From Octopus sinensis (lineage: Eukaryota): a stretch of DNA of 64,000 bases. Positions 51,273 to 64,000 of this stretch are shown piece by piece. Numbering within the stretch: the stretch's first letter is position 1; each line of letters begins with the position of its first letter. The position numbers and the translations under genes were made by a program. The notes beneath the pieces are model-generated. The model worked only from the letters and a program-made list of their open reading frames with translations. It searched no databases and had not been told where the DNA came from. The stretch lies in assembly GCF_006345805.1 (NCBI RefSeq), contig NC_043011.1, positions 7,688,001-7,752,000 of the forward strand, given 5' to 3'.

Positions 51273-53927
51273 GTCTGTATAAACGTACATGAATAGAACT
51301 CAAATACGTTGTACTAAACCATGAATTATCTCTAAAAATATCATCTAAACTACATAAATATAATTTAAAACATTCTCGTTAATGAGAATCCACCCTTATG
51401 TAATCGCTCGGACAAACTATTAAGGGTAGCAGTATGATTTTTATCTCCACCGCTTCAAGCGTAAATGTTGTAAAATTCGTCGCTCCACCTGTTATATGTG
51501 TTACTGTATTACAAAACGAAACCATTCTACACGTACAACAACAGATAACTACAACGTGCAACATCACGCAAAGCACAGTACGAAACTGGTGAAGAAAACA
51601 TTAGCAGACAATACCTGCATACTAAACAACATTTCCCTAGAAAGAAGATTAATGACGGAAACAATACTCAGAACAACACAATGCTAAAATAAAATATGCA
51701 AACACATTCAGAATATGAAGCTTTGCTCTCACGGGAACTGAATTTAGCAACTGATTGCAGTTAGTGGTGACGGTGCTGACGCAATTTAATCTGCAGATCA
51801 AGACATTTACGATCAAATACTTTGGGGGTAACCGTGGAAGTATGGGTTCGAGATGCTATGCTTCATGCAGCGATTAGTCGTCGTTGCTGTCATTGAAAAA
51901 CAGGTGAGTCTTTGTTCAAATTGATTTATAATTAAAGATATTCCAGGTGAGGTTATCTAGTTTTTTCTTTTCAGGTTTTGTGTATCTAGTACTACATTAA
52001 CCAGTCTGCCCTTCTTATATTTATAGTTGGAACTTCAGGATTCGTGTCAATAATCTTTGTAGGCCTTACTACATGATAATATTGATGTGGGTAATGTCCG
52101 GAACCAAGTTCTTCAGGTGAATACCTGTAGAGAAAACAGGGGGCCTAGGAAAGAAAAATGCGGTTTGCTCTCAAAACTGGACAACATGTTCGGCCTATAA
52201 TCTTTTTTCAAAGACATTAGTGTGGCTTGGGGATGAATTTAGCTGCTATTTTCAGCAGAATGAGCAAGCATGTACTGGCTCTGTCAGTGTGTTCAGCTGC
52301 GGCATATTGTTGTTAAACGCCAGGTCAGTCTTGATAGAGCAAACATATTATGAAAGAGGTTCCCGCCATGACCATCCTGTTCCATTTTAAGGACTACATT
52401 GTCCAATGTATCTTTCCTTGCAATGTTCGTTTGGAAACGTTGCATCTGGGAATATTCTATTTGGCAAAGTTTGATCCAGGTTGCTATCCATTCTGATTTG
52501 ATATGACCGGAAGATGTTGGCAAAGGAAACGGTCAGAACAGACTGATCAGATCTTCGAAGTTTTTATTATCACCAAGATACAATTCCAAATCGTTCCAGC
52601 CACGACCATCTCACTTCATTTTCAGGCAATGTATCCACATCTGTATTATGTATCCCCAGGTGTGTTTTGAAAGAAATTTGGCTGCTACATCTAGCTGGTC
52701 AGACTGGTGATTATGTCGAGGTTTTAGTGGCGTGTCTTAAGATAGTGTGTTGCCCTGTTTTGGGTATGTTTTTCGATAAGATGTAAGAACATGTGAGTTT
52801 ATAACTTTGTAGTGTTCCACTGAAAGAATGGTGTTTCTCAGTGATCTTCGTAAACACGTAAATTGATGAACACCTAATTTGACACAAGAATTAAGGTTTG
52901 GAACACGTAAGTTGCTGGAGACCAAATTGTCGAACACGTGCATTCGTAGAATATGCAAATTATTGAAAAACTTGTCGAACACGTAAGTTATCGAACACGT
53001 AAGTTATCAGATACGTAAGCTTGTTGGAAGTTGTTCCATAATCTTTGTAATTAAAAAAAAACATATATATATTATTGAAGGTTTGTATTTGTAATTAATA
53101 AAAGAGATGAGAAAGAAGCAGAAAATGGAAAGAAGGTATGTGGTGAAATTATTTCATGAAAAATAAAATCAATAAAAAATAAAAAATAAAAAAAGGAAAT
53201 AAAGTGTTAAATAGTAATAGAAATGAATGTTAGAATTCAAGAGAAAATAAATGAATTTAAATAAACAAATGGAAAGAAAGGAGGAAGGAAATTTGCAAAC
53301 GAAGCAGAAAGGTAGAAATGAAAATTATGGAAGATGAAAACGGAAGTGTTTGGTGTTACTGGAAAAGGGGAGAAAACAACAAACGAATAAAAAGGAACAT
53401 CCAACTCTAAGGAAATGAATAAAAGAAAAAAGAAGCAAGTATGGAACAGAATAAGAAATAGAAATACACAACGATGAAGAAATAAAACGAAAATCAACGG
53501 AAGTAGGAAATAGGTTTGAATGAAAGTAAAGTCAGGTAAGATGGAGAGGCGGTTGTAAGTAACATCGAATTATAAAAGAGAGAATTATAAAATAGACAAG
53601 TGAGTACAAAAATATGAATTATGTAGAAAAATAAGAAAATAAGGAAAGTAAGGGTTCGCTGAAGATCTACCTGGCCTGAAAGTTCATCGTATGTCACAGG
53701 TAAGAGAGGAGGATGTGAAAAGTCCTTTTTCGTGGTTCGCATGGTTAGGTAAATATCCGGCAAAGTTCATATTCGAATCTCTGTCTCTCTGTGTGTTTGT
53801 CTGTATCTAACTCTCTCTCACGCACTCTGAATATGATCACACAAACAAAGGATAAGCATGCAGTTTTCAATGGCATCAAAGTATTTAAAAAATAGTTACG
53901 CAGAAGTGAGTATATATATATATAATA

Positions 53928-53965
<38 letters not shown>

Positions 53966-54215
53966 CTAATTGAGATTCAAGTGCTTTTTTCCTATATATA
54001 TATATATATACATATATATATAACATATATATATACATATGATATATATATACATATATATACATATATATATACATATATACATATATATACACATATA
54101 TATATACATATATATACATATATTGCATATACATAATATACATATATATGCATATACATATATATACATATATATACATATCCATATATATACATATACA
54201 TATATATACATACAT

Positions 54216-54252
<37 letters not shown>

Positions 54253-54801
54253 ATATACATACATATATATATGCTATATATATATACATACATATATATA
54301 TCATATATATATATATATATATACATACATATATATACATGCATATATATATATACATATTTATATATACATATATATATAATATACATATATACATATA
54401 TATGTATATATATTTATATATATATATAATATATATATATTTGTATATATATATCTATATATATATATGTATGTATATGTATATATATCTATGTATATAT
54501 ATATATATGTATAAATATGTATATATACATGTATATATGCATACACATATATGTATATATATATCTATGTATATATATATATATAAATATGTATATATAC
54601 ATGTATATATGCATACACATATGTATATATATATATATGTATATATATATGTGTATAGATATATATGTATGTATATATATGTATATATATGTGTATAAAT
54701 ATATATGAATATATATATATATGTGTATATGTGTATATATGTGTATATATGTATATATATATATGTCCATATATATGTGTATATATGTATATATATATGT
54801 C

Positions 54802-54833
<32 letters not shown>

Positions 54834-54904
54834 ATGCATATGTATATATATATGTATATATATGTGTATATATGTATATATATGCATATGTATATATATG
54901 TATA

Positions 54905-55277
54905 TACACTTGCGTCAGAAAGTAATAGCACTTCTCAAATTTCTACATTAATAGGTTAAATCAATTAACCTTATGAGCTGTTCAAAACGTCTTAGGCGAT
55001 GAGACCTTAGTATGGTGTGATTTCGGTCCTTGCGAGGCGCTACCTAATCTATTAAACAAAGGAAGATTTGTCTGCATCCGCACTCCAAGTTGTTGCAACT
55101 GCTATGTCAACATCATAAGGCTGTAGACTCTCAAACTGCTCTGCAAACAAAGTTACGTCATCGTTCTGCACAGTGAACTCGCAACAAAGCAATAGTTCGA
55201 GATATGGCCACTAGGTGACAGCACATACCTTGAGTGAAGAGAAATCAAGGTGCTAATTAATTTCTGACGGTAGTGTA
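54905..55277. mobile_element. Internally deleted Tc1-like element in (TA)n
   Basis: TIRs TACACTTGCGTCAGAAAGTAATAGCAC vs reverse complement of right end TACACTACCGTCAGAAATTAATTAGCAC; TA flanks. Confidence 0.7.
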
Positions 55278-55619
55278 TATGTATATATATATATATATAT
55301 ATTATATATATGTATATATATATGTGTATATATATATATATGTGTATATATATGTGTATATATATATATATGTATAATATGTGTATATATATATATAGGT
55401 ATATATATGTGTATATATATATATATATGTATATATGTGTGTATATATATATATGTATATATATGAGTATATATATATATATATATGTGTGTATATATAT
55501 ACGCATATATGTATATGTATTTATATGTATATATATGTATATATGTTAATATAAATATATATGTGTATATATATGTATATATATACATGTATATATATGT
55601 ATATATATATTAATATATA

Positions 55620-55991
55620 ACTATTGTACGATGAAAACTTTTTCGGGAAAAAAATTTTATCAATGGCCAGCATATCAAAAAATACCTTTAAAGGTTAAAT
55701 TTATAAATAATTTACAAAATTAGGGCGAAATAAAAATTCTAATGCCAAATATGTCGAAAAAAAGACAAAAATTGTCAATAACCATTATAATTTATGCGTC
55801 TCTAAACAAACCGATAGAAATTTCTAACAAATCCGTTATTACCGTATTGGTCCCAATTTCGGGGTTAATTCATAAGAAGTTTCTATCGGTTTGTTAGAGA
55901 CGCATAAATTATAATGGTTATTGACAATTTTTGTCTTTTTTCGACATATTTGGCATTAGAATTTTTATTTCGCCCTAATTTTGTAAATTAT
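55620..55991. mobile_element. Fold-back element in (TA)n with about 113-bp inverted arms (possible Penelope-like end)
   Basis: Arms 55707-55820 and 55880-55991 differ only by two 1-nt indels; diverged homologue at about 58165-58240. Confidence 0.55.
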
Positions 55992-56054
55992 AATTAATAT
56001 AAATATATATGTGTCTATATAGTATATATATATGTATATATATATGTATGTATG

Positions 56055-56097
<43 letters not shown>

Positions 56098-56541
56098 GTA
56101 TATATATTTTAACATAAATATATGTGTATATATATATCTATTAATATAAATATATGTGTATATATATATGTATATAAATATATCTACATATGTATATGTA
56201 TATGAATATATATACATATGTATATATATATGTTATATAATTATATATGTATGTATATGTATATATTTGTATATATATATGTATATATATGTATGTATAT
56301 GTATATATTTATATATATGTATGTATATGTATATATTTGTATATATATATGTATATATATGTGTGTATATTTATATATTTGTATATATATATGTATATAT
56401 ATGTGTGTATATTTATATATTTGTATATATATATGTATATATATATGTACATATATGCATATATGTATATATACGTGTATATATATATATCTGTATATAT
56501 GTATATAAACGTATATACATATATATATGTATGTATGTATA

Positions 56542-56577
<36 letters not shown>

Positions 56578-56594
56578 ATATCTATATATGTATA

Positions 56595-57150
56595 TGTCAG
56601 GTCACTTTCGAGTGCTACTGGTAACATGTAACCCAGTACAACCTGTTGCATGGTCGGGTCGTCGGCGACTAAACCGGCAACCCCACCAAGCTTGCTTGGT
56701 GAGAAGGGTGTTTATTGGTCACCCTGCTGGATGAAAAGCAAAACCCGTCAAAGGGTTGAGGAACTCTTGAGAGTCAACGGCCATCCAATAAATGCCTTAA
56801 GGCTGTATCATGTGCGGGGACATAGAAATAATCGGACCGAATACCCGATCGCGCGGTTAAATCATTGGGAGTGAAGGACTCCTAGCCTTTGTTAGGACAT
56901 CCTTCTAGGAGAAGGTAACTCAGGTAACTGGGATAACTCTGAAATAAAACCTGCGGCTCAATGGTCACCGATGATGTTGACTTGTTCTTCTTTTCGGATT
57001 ATGGCTGCTGTTGCTTAGTGAGTGGGATTGACTCAGTGCACATCCTTTGCCCACTTTAAAAAAAATCTTCTTGCACAGTCATTGCACGATAACAACATTG
57101 ATTAAGCTTCGTGCAATGGCCATACCTGATAACGAGGGGGCAGCCACCAT
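56595..57150 (+). mobile_element. Probable LINE (RTE-like) 5' region fragment
   Basis: GC-richer island; ctaggagaaggtaactctgaaataaaacc resembles recalled RTE 5'UTR motifs; no RT ORF present. Confidence 0.35.
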
Positions 57151-57306
57151 ATGTATGTGTGTGGGTGTGATTTGCTTGATTTGATCTAGTTTGAGCTCAT
57201 GAGCCGTGACCATGCTGGGGTATCGCCATTTGGTGTTGCTACATAAGTTTACTTCACTAATTCTTTTTAGAAATTAACATTTGCTGCACGAATGAGTTAG
57301 ATCTTA

Positions 57307-57560
57307 AATAAATGCGCCCTTTTAAAGCCTAGCCAGGCTCATGGGCCCGCTTTTCCGGTTTCTATGGTGTATGTGTTGCCCAGCTGGACGGGACGCGAGT
57401 CCATCGCAGCGTTACTCATTTTTGCCAACTGAGTAGATTGGAGCAAGGTGATATGAAGTGTTTTGCTCAAGAACACAACGCGTCGCCCAGTCCAGGAATC
57501 GAAACCACAATTTTACGATCATGATGCTGACACCCTAACCACTAAGCCACGCGCTTCCAC
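57307..57560 (-). mobile_element. SINE family D, full-length
   Basis: Reverse complement: gtggaagcgcgtggcttagtggttaggg...gtttcgattcctggactggg...gcgatggactcgcgtcccgtccag...ggctttaaaagggcgcattt. Confidence 0.8.
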
Positions 57561-57935
57561 TTGGTAGTCTTATACCATCTTGTAAATATTTATTTTGCAA
57601 TAAAATACTTATTGCGGAGAGACTTTTGGAACACTCTCTATATTCTGAAAGCTTATACTGTCATAGATAAAAGGAAAATCTGAGGACTTCTTTGTGGTGT
57701 TTCTTCATGGATTGGGGGGTAAGAACCGGTCATCGAGTTTCACAAAGTACAGAAAGCAAGGATAGGGCTCTGCTTTTGCTTTTATTTTTGTTTTATTTTT
57801 GAATGAAAGTAAAATGAAAAAAATCAGGAATGAGAAAAAAGATGAAGAAATAAAAATAGGAATGAGCAAATAGAGGTGCAAGATGAACAAGAATGAACGT
57901 TGTTGAAGGAGGTTGGAAGAAAATGAATGAGAAAT

Positions 57936-58118
57936 AGGCGCAGGCGTTGCTGTGTGGTAAAGAGTTTACTTCCAAACCACATGGCTCCGGGTTCAGTCCC
58001 ACTGCGTGGCACCTTAGGAAGTGTCTTCTACGACAGCCACGGGTGGACCAAACCGGCCAAAGCCTTGTGGATGGATTTGGTAGACGGAAATTAAAAGCTC
58101 GTTGTGTGCATGTGTGCG

Positions 58119-58151
<33 letters not shown>

Positions 58152-58842
58152 GTATAAACAATTCATAAATAAGGGCAAACGAAAAATTTCTAATGCCAAA
58201 TGTGCGAAAATTGGACATATTGTTTATTAACCATATAATTTTTTCACAATATATATATATATATATATTATATATATGTATATATATGTTATATATAATA
58301 TGTATATATATATAATATTATATAATATATGTATATATATTATGTATATATTAATGTATATCTATATATATGTATATATATGTTTATATATAATATATGT
58401 ATATATATATATATATAATATTATATATATGTATATATATTGTATATATATATGTATATATATTATGTATATATATGTATATATATATATATGTATATAT
58501 ATATGTATATATATATATATTATATATATATGTTATATATATGTATATATATATGTTATATATGTATATATATTATATAATATATATATATAATGTATAT
58601 ATATTGTATATATATATAATGTTTATATGTATATATATATGTATTTATATGTATATGTATTATATATGTATATATCTATATATGTATATATATATATATA
58701 TATCATATATAATATATATATATATATATATATAGATTTATATATATATATGTATATATATATGTATATGTAATATATATATAATTATGTATATATATAT
58801 GTATATATGTATATATATATATGTATATATATTGTATATATG

Positions 58843-58877
<35 letters not shown>

Positions 58878-59002
58878 GTATTGTATATATATATGTATAT
58901 ATATATGTATATATGTATATATATATATGTATATATGTAGATATAATGTATATATATATATGTTATATATATGTATATATGTATATATATAATGTATATA
59001 TG

Positions 59003-59049
<47 letters not shown>

Positions 59050-59120
59050 TATGTATATATGTATATATATATGTATATATGTATATATATATGTATCTAT
59101 AATATGTATATATATATATG

Positions 59121-59152
<32 letters not shown>

Positions 59153-59193
59153 TAATATATATATGTATATATATATATGTATATATATATAAT

Positions 59194-59228
<35 letters not shown>

Positions 59229-59338
59229 ATATATGTATTATATATATGTATATATATATATATATATGTATATATATAATATATATTATATATATATATA
59301 TGTATATATATATATAATGTATATATATATATATATAT

Positions 59339-59393
<55 letters not shown>

Positions 59394-59434
59394 GTATAAT
59401 ATATATATAGATGTATATATATATATATTATATG

Positions 59435-59469
<35 letters not shown>

Positions 59470-59478
59470 CTGTATGTA

Positions 59479-59513
<35 letters not shown>

Positions 59514-59740
59514 GATATGTATATATATATATATATATATGTATAATATATATATATATATTATATATATATATATATTATATATATGATATAATATATA
59601 TTTATAATATATATATATATAATATATATATTTATTTATTTATTTATATATATGTATATTATATATATAATATAAAAGAATAGAATTTTATCAACTAACG
59701 CTGTGTTGAGCGCTCATTCTCCTTGTTCGACATTTACGTA

Positions 59741-59777
<37 letters not shown>

Positions 59778-60010
59778 CCATATGTAATTTGTGTATATGT
59801 GTGACTTTGTGTCTGAGTTTGTCTCACCATCACTTCTCGACAACCGGTGTTGTTTTGTTTACGTCCCCGTAACTCGAGTGGTTCGGTCAAAAACCCCGTT
59901 AGAATAAGTACCAGGCTTAAAAAGCAAATAGAACCTGGGGTTGATTGGTTTGACTAAAATTCCTCAAGGTAGTGCCCCAGCATGGGCGTAGTCTGACTGA
60001 AACAAGTAAA
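57936..60010 (+). mobile_element. Family B SINE halves (57936-58110 and 59790-60010) separated by about 1.7 kb of (TA)n and insertions
   Basis: Head and tail halves are colinear and in the same orientation. Confidence 0.65.
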
Positions 60011-60072
60011 GAAAAACAAACAACAAGAAAGTGAGATGCTTATGCGAATAAATAAAATGAGTAAATAATTTA

Positions 60073-60730
60073 TATTTCTCTATTGTCCGCAGGGGCCTAA
60101 ACATAAAGAGGACAAACAAAGACAGACAAAGGGAGTAAGTCGATTACATTGACCCCAGTGCGTAACTGATATTCATTTAATCAACCCGAAATGATGAAAG
60201 GCTAAGTCGACTACGGCGGAATTTGGACTCAGAACGTAGCGGCAGACGAAATATCTATCTCTTTACTACACACAAGGGGCTAAACATAGAGTGGACAAAC
60301 AAGGACAGACAAAGGGATTAAGTCGATTACATCGACTCCAGTGCGTAACTGGTACTTAATTTAGGCGGCGAGCTGGCAGAAACGTTAGCACGCCGGGCGA
60401 AATGCGTTGCCATATTTCGTCTGCCGTTACGTTCTGAGTTCAAATTCCGCCGAGGTCGACTTTGCCTTTCATCCTTTCGGGGTCGATTAAATAAGTACCA
60501 GTTACTCTCTGGGGTCGATATAATCGACTTAATCCGTGTGTCTGTCCTTGTTTGTCCCCTCTGTGTTTACCCCCTTGTGGGTAGTAAAGAAATAGTTACT
60601 TAATTTATCGACCCCGTAAGGATGAAAGGCAAAGTCGACCTCAGCGGAATTTGAACTCACAACGTAGCGGCAGACGAAATATCGCTAAGCATTTCGCCCG
60701 GGGTGCTAACGATTCTGCCAGTTCACCGCC
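60073..60730 (-). mobile_element. SINE family A dimer (host)
   Basis: 17-bp TSD taaaatgagtaaataat at 60053-60069 and 60732-60748; unit junction at 60255/60256. Confidence 0.9.
60364..60596 (+). mobile_element. Full-length family A monomer nested antisense in the dimer
   Basis: 11-bp TSD tacttaattta at 60353-60363 and 60597-60607. Confidence 0.9.
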
Positions 60731-62146
60731 TTAAAATGAGTAAATAATGATAGATATATTAAATAGGAATAAAGCAAAGACAATGAAGAGAAGAGATGGA
60801 GGAAGCAATAGTGAAGACAATAAAGAGGAGATAAGTGGGTGAAGACAAGGAGTTGATAAGAGAACAAAAGGGTTAAGAGCGATGAGGAACGAACGAAAGG
60901 GTTAAAGATATTAACCCTTTCACTGTCCTGTGTATCACGTGACTCACGGCACATATTTCCCTGGCGTCCATACTTCGTACATTTTACTTCCCTTTTTTTT
61001 TTTCATCCGCCAGAGTAACTTGGTTCTTGTGAAAGGAAGGATATTTATGTTGCTCAGAACGTCTGCAGCTAGGGTTAATTAAAAAGTCTGAAAACATTCG
61101 TGGACGTTTAGGGAGAAACTTATGAAAATGTTTTGGACGGGCAAGGAGTTTAAGTGGGGAATGAGAGAAGGATGAAAGAAGCAAAGATAATGAGAAAATG
61201 AATGGTGAATAAAATGGTATGATATAGAGATGGTTGGCGAAGGAAAGAGTTAAAGACAAGGAGGAATAGGGGAATAAAGAGGAAAGGAGGAAACAAAAAA
61301 AGGGGGGAAATAAAGGGAAATAAAACGTTTAAAGGGGGATAAAACAAGAAGCAAATATGATGTAAATAGATGAAAATTAAATAAGAATTTGAATCTAAGA
61401 AAGGAAAAAAATAGTGTGAAGAACGTGGAAAGAAAATTTAGAAAAAGAAAAATAAGAAATGAATAATACGATTGAATGAGTTGAATTAGTTATATTGAGG
61501 AAATTAATGAGAGATCAACGGCTGATCAACGGAATGAGGGGATCAGTGATTAAATGAGCGAATGGATATATTAATGGTTGATATAACGAATCGATGGATC
61601 AGCGGATTAATGTAGGAAGCAATGGATCAATATTTTGATAAGGAACTTCTTGGATTTGTGATCGAATTAATGGATCAATGACGGAATGAATAAATCGCTG
61701 AAATCGGTTCTATGGGGAGATCTGTGGTTCAGTGATTGATGAAAGAATCAATAAGTTAGTGATTGAAGAGATCAGTTGATCGATTGTTGATTTAAAATGT
61801 GAGGAGTGGATTCGGCGGATAAATAGGTCGAGGAAATCAATGATTTAATGATGACGATGGATCAAACACTGATTGAATCGGTATATCAATTTATCCATCT
61901 ATCAATCAAATCGATAATTAATGAATAATTCCACGAAATGCAATTTCAACAGAGTTCTAGATCAACCAATCACAAACATAATCGATGAGGTAATCAATCA
62001 GAGTAATAGTAATTACAACAATATATTACTTTATGAATCGATGAATCATTATGATCGAATCCCTAAGGTAAATCGATCAAGGATACTCTAGTCAATCAGT
62101 ATCTTAAGTAATGAACAAATCACCTTTGTAATCGATGGATCGATCT

Positions 62147-62340
62147 TATTTCTTTACTACCCACAAGGGGCTAAACACAGAGGGGACAAACAAGGACAGA
62201 CAAACGGATTAAGTCGATTATATCGACCCCAGTGCGTGGCTGGTATTTATTTAATCGACCCCGAAAGGATGAAAGGCAAAGTCGACCTCGGCGGAATTTG
62301 AACTCAGAACGTAACGGCAGACGAAATACCGCTAAGCATT
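62147..62340 (-). mobile_element. SINE family A, 5'-truncated
   Basis: 9-bp TSD gatcgatct at 62138-62146 and 62341-62349. Confidence 0.9.
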
Positions 62341-62952
62341 GATCGATCTATCAATCTCTGAATCAATCAATCACTGAAGGGAATGGTAAAATCGATCAGC
62401 TGCTAATGTATCACCTGATCTTTGATAAAATATTAGAAAGGAAAGAAAAAGTATGAAATAAGTTAGAGAGAAAGGGAGAGAGTGAGAGGGAGAAAACAGA
62501 CGAGAGAGAGAGAGAGAGAGAGAGAAATGTGGAAGAGTCGAGGTGGGAGGTGAAGGGAAAGAAAGGAGAAAAGGATAGAGAAAGGAATAAAAGTGATGGA
62601 GAGGGGAAGTAGTGGAATAAGTTATGAAAGGAGTGAATGAGGGGGAGGGGTAAGGTTTGATAAGATGGGGTTAGAGAGATAAAGGATAGAAAGTGAAGGA
62701 AAAAGTTATGGAGATAGAGAATGAAAAAAATGGTTTAGAGCAGAATATGGAGTCGTAGAGGTGGCTGTTTTGGTGAAATAAAGTAGTGATGGCGCGAATG
62801 AAGTTTTAATGTTGGTGGTTTTAAATTGGGGGATTAATTACAGAACAAGTATCCTTCAAATACTGTAGATTAGTCTTTTACAGATTTCATTCCTCCTTCA
62901 CACACACGTATGAAAATGTGTGTATGTGTGTATATATATCTCTGTAAGTGTG

Positions 62953-63022
<70 letters not shown>

Positions 63023-63178
63023 CTGTCGCTCATAAACAAGAAACTCCGAGTGACTACAAAGCAAATCATTTGCCGTTTTCAAATATTGTGGACGCGCGCT
63101 TACAATGCTAGTTCTGGAGAGTTCTTCATTGTTAAAGTTCTGTTCGAATCTCGTTTGGACCCAGTAGCAATGGCCATA

Positions 63179-63582
63179 TATTTCTTTATTGCCCACAAGG
63201 GGCTAAACATAGAGGGGACAGACAAGGATAGACAAATGGATTAAGTCGATTACATCGACCCCAGTGCGAAACTGGTACTTTATTTATCGACCCCAAAAGG
63301 ATGAAAGGCAAAGTCGACCTCGGCGGAATTTGAACTCAGAACGTAACGGCAGACAAAATACCTATTTCTTTATTACCCATAGGGGGCTAAACACAGAGAG
63401 GACAGACAAGGAGATTAAGTTGATTACATCGACCCCAGTGCGTAACTGGTACTTAATTTATCGACCCCGAAGGATGAAAGGCAAAGTCGACCTCGGCGGA
63501 ATTTGAACTCAGAACGTAACGGCAGACGAAATACGGCTACGCATTTCGTCCGGCGTGCTAACGTTTCTGCCAGGTCGCCGCC
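63179..63582 (-). mobile_element. SINE family A dimer (both units with 'aaagaaata' tail)
   Basis: Junction aaaatacc|tatttctt at 63362/63363. Confidence 0.9.
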
Positions 63583-63794
63583 TTCTCAGTAGCAATGGGA
63601 CTAAGGAATATGTTTACTTTTTCTCATGAAGCGACGGTAATTGGAATAAAGTGAAGAATTTATCTTCTGCAGTATTTAAAAAAAATCTTCATTCATTTCT
63701 GTTGACTAATGGCCACGATCACAGACCACTCTGAGTTTTTTTGTTTTTTTTTTTGCGTTTAGCTCACTTTAGTTTTACATACTTGCATACGTCC

Positions 63795-63990
63795 GTGTGT
63801 GGCTGTGTGATAAAAAGCTTACTTCCCAACCATATGGTTCCGCGTTCAATCCCCGGCAAGGCACCTAGAGCAAGTGTTTTCCATTGTAGCGATGGGCTTA
63901 GCAAAATCTTGTGAGTTGAAACTGGTAGACGGAAACTGAAGGAAGCCCGTATGTGCGTGTTTGTGTTTGTTCCTCATTACTCCGTTCGAC
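63795..63990 (+). mobile_element. SINE family B 5' part
   Basis: ggctgtgtgataaaaagctt...gcgttcaatccc...ggtagacggaaactgaaggaagcccgt. Confidence 0.8.
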
Positions 63991-64000
63991 AAAAAAAAAA

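Larger units (their letters stand above)
53910..56595. repeat. Multi-kb imperfect (TA)n/(TATG)n region hosting two insertions
   Basis: Directly visible; insertions at 54905-55277 and about 55620-55991. Confidence 0.95.

Noticed and set aside
51430-51687. Cys/Arg-rich frame resembling a receptor C-terminal tail
   Set aside because: In-frame stops immediately upstream, a poor acceptor site and no recognisable domain.
52850-53030. Short repeated gaacacgtaagtt units resembling a spaced array
   Set aside because: Irregular degenerate minisatellite in a eukaryote; no constant repeat/spacer structure and no cas genes, so not CRISPR.
53655-53700. CTGAAGA...GAAA spacing
   Set aside because: Stems I, II and III cannot be formed.
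56600-56680. Possible HDV-like ribozyme at the start of the LINE-like island
   Set aside because: Could not assign P1, P1.1 and P3 consistently by eye.

Overview
This is AT-rich eukaryotic, non-coding (intronic or intergenic) DNA. It is most likely from a coleoid cephalopod (Octopus-like); this is an inference from recalled SINE families, not a database hit. No intact protein-coding gene, rRNA, true tRNA or CRISPR array is supportable, and nearly all long ORFs in the track are translations of simple repeats. The window is a mosaic of: (i) at least four tRNA-headed SINE families, including dimers/trimers and antisense nested insertions with clear target-site duplications (TSDs); (ii) relics of RLE-type LINEs (two R4/Dong-like 3' ends in a (TAA)n tract and one HERO-like); (iii) Tc1/mariner/pogo relics and fold-back MITEs; (iv) very large micro- and minisatellites, and a 100-N assembly gap. 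The most notable observation is a 68-bp-arm inverted repeat at 30384-30534 inside a (TA)n tract. Its + arm folds by eye into a minimal type I hammerhead ribozyme (CUGAAGA...GAAA, GUA cleavage triplet, quasi-palindromic stem III). Three other (TA)n-associated elements carry fold-back ends and/or hammerhead-like motifs, suggesting Penelope-like or retrozyme-type elements that target TA microsatellites. Coordinates of degenerate repeats are approximate (about +/-10 nt); family letters A-E are my own labels.
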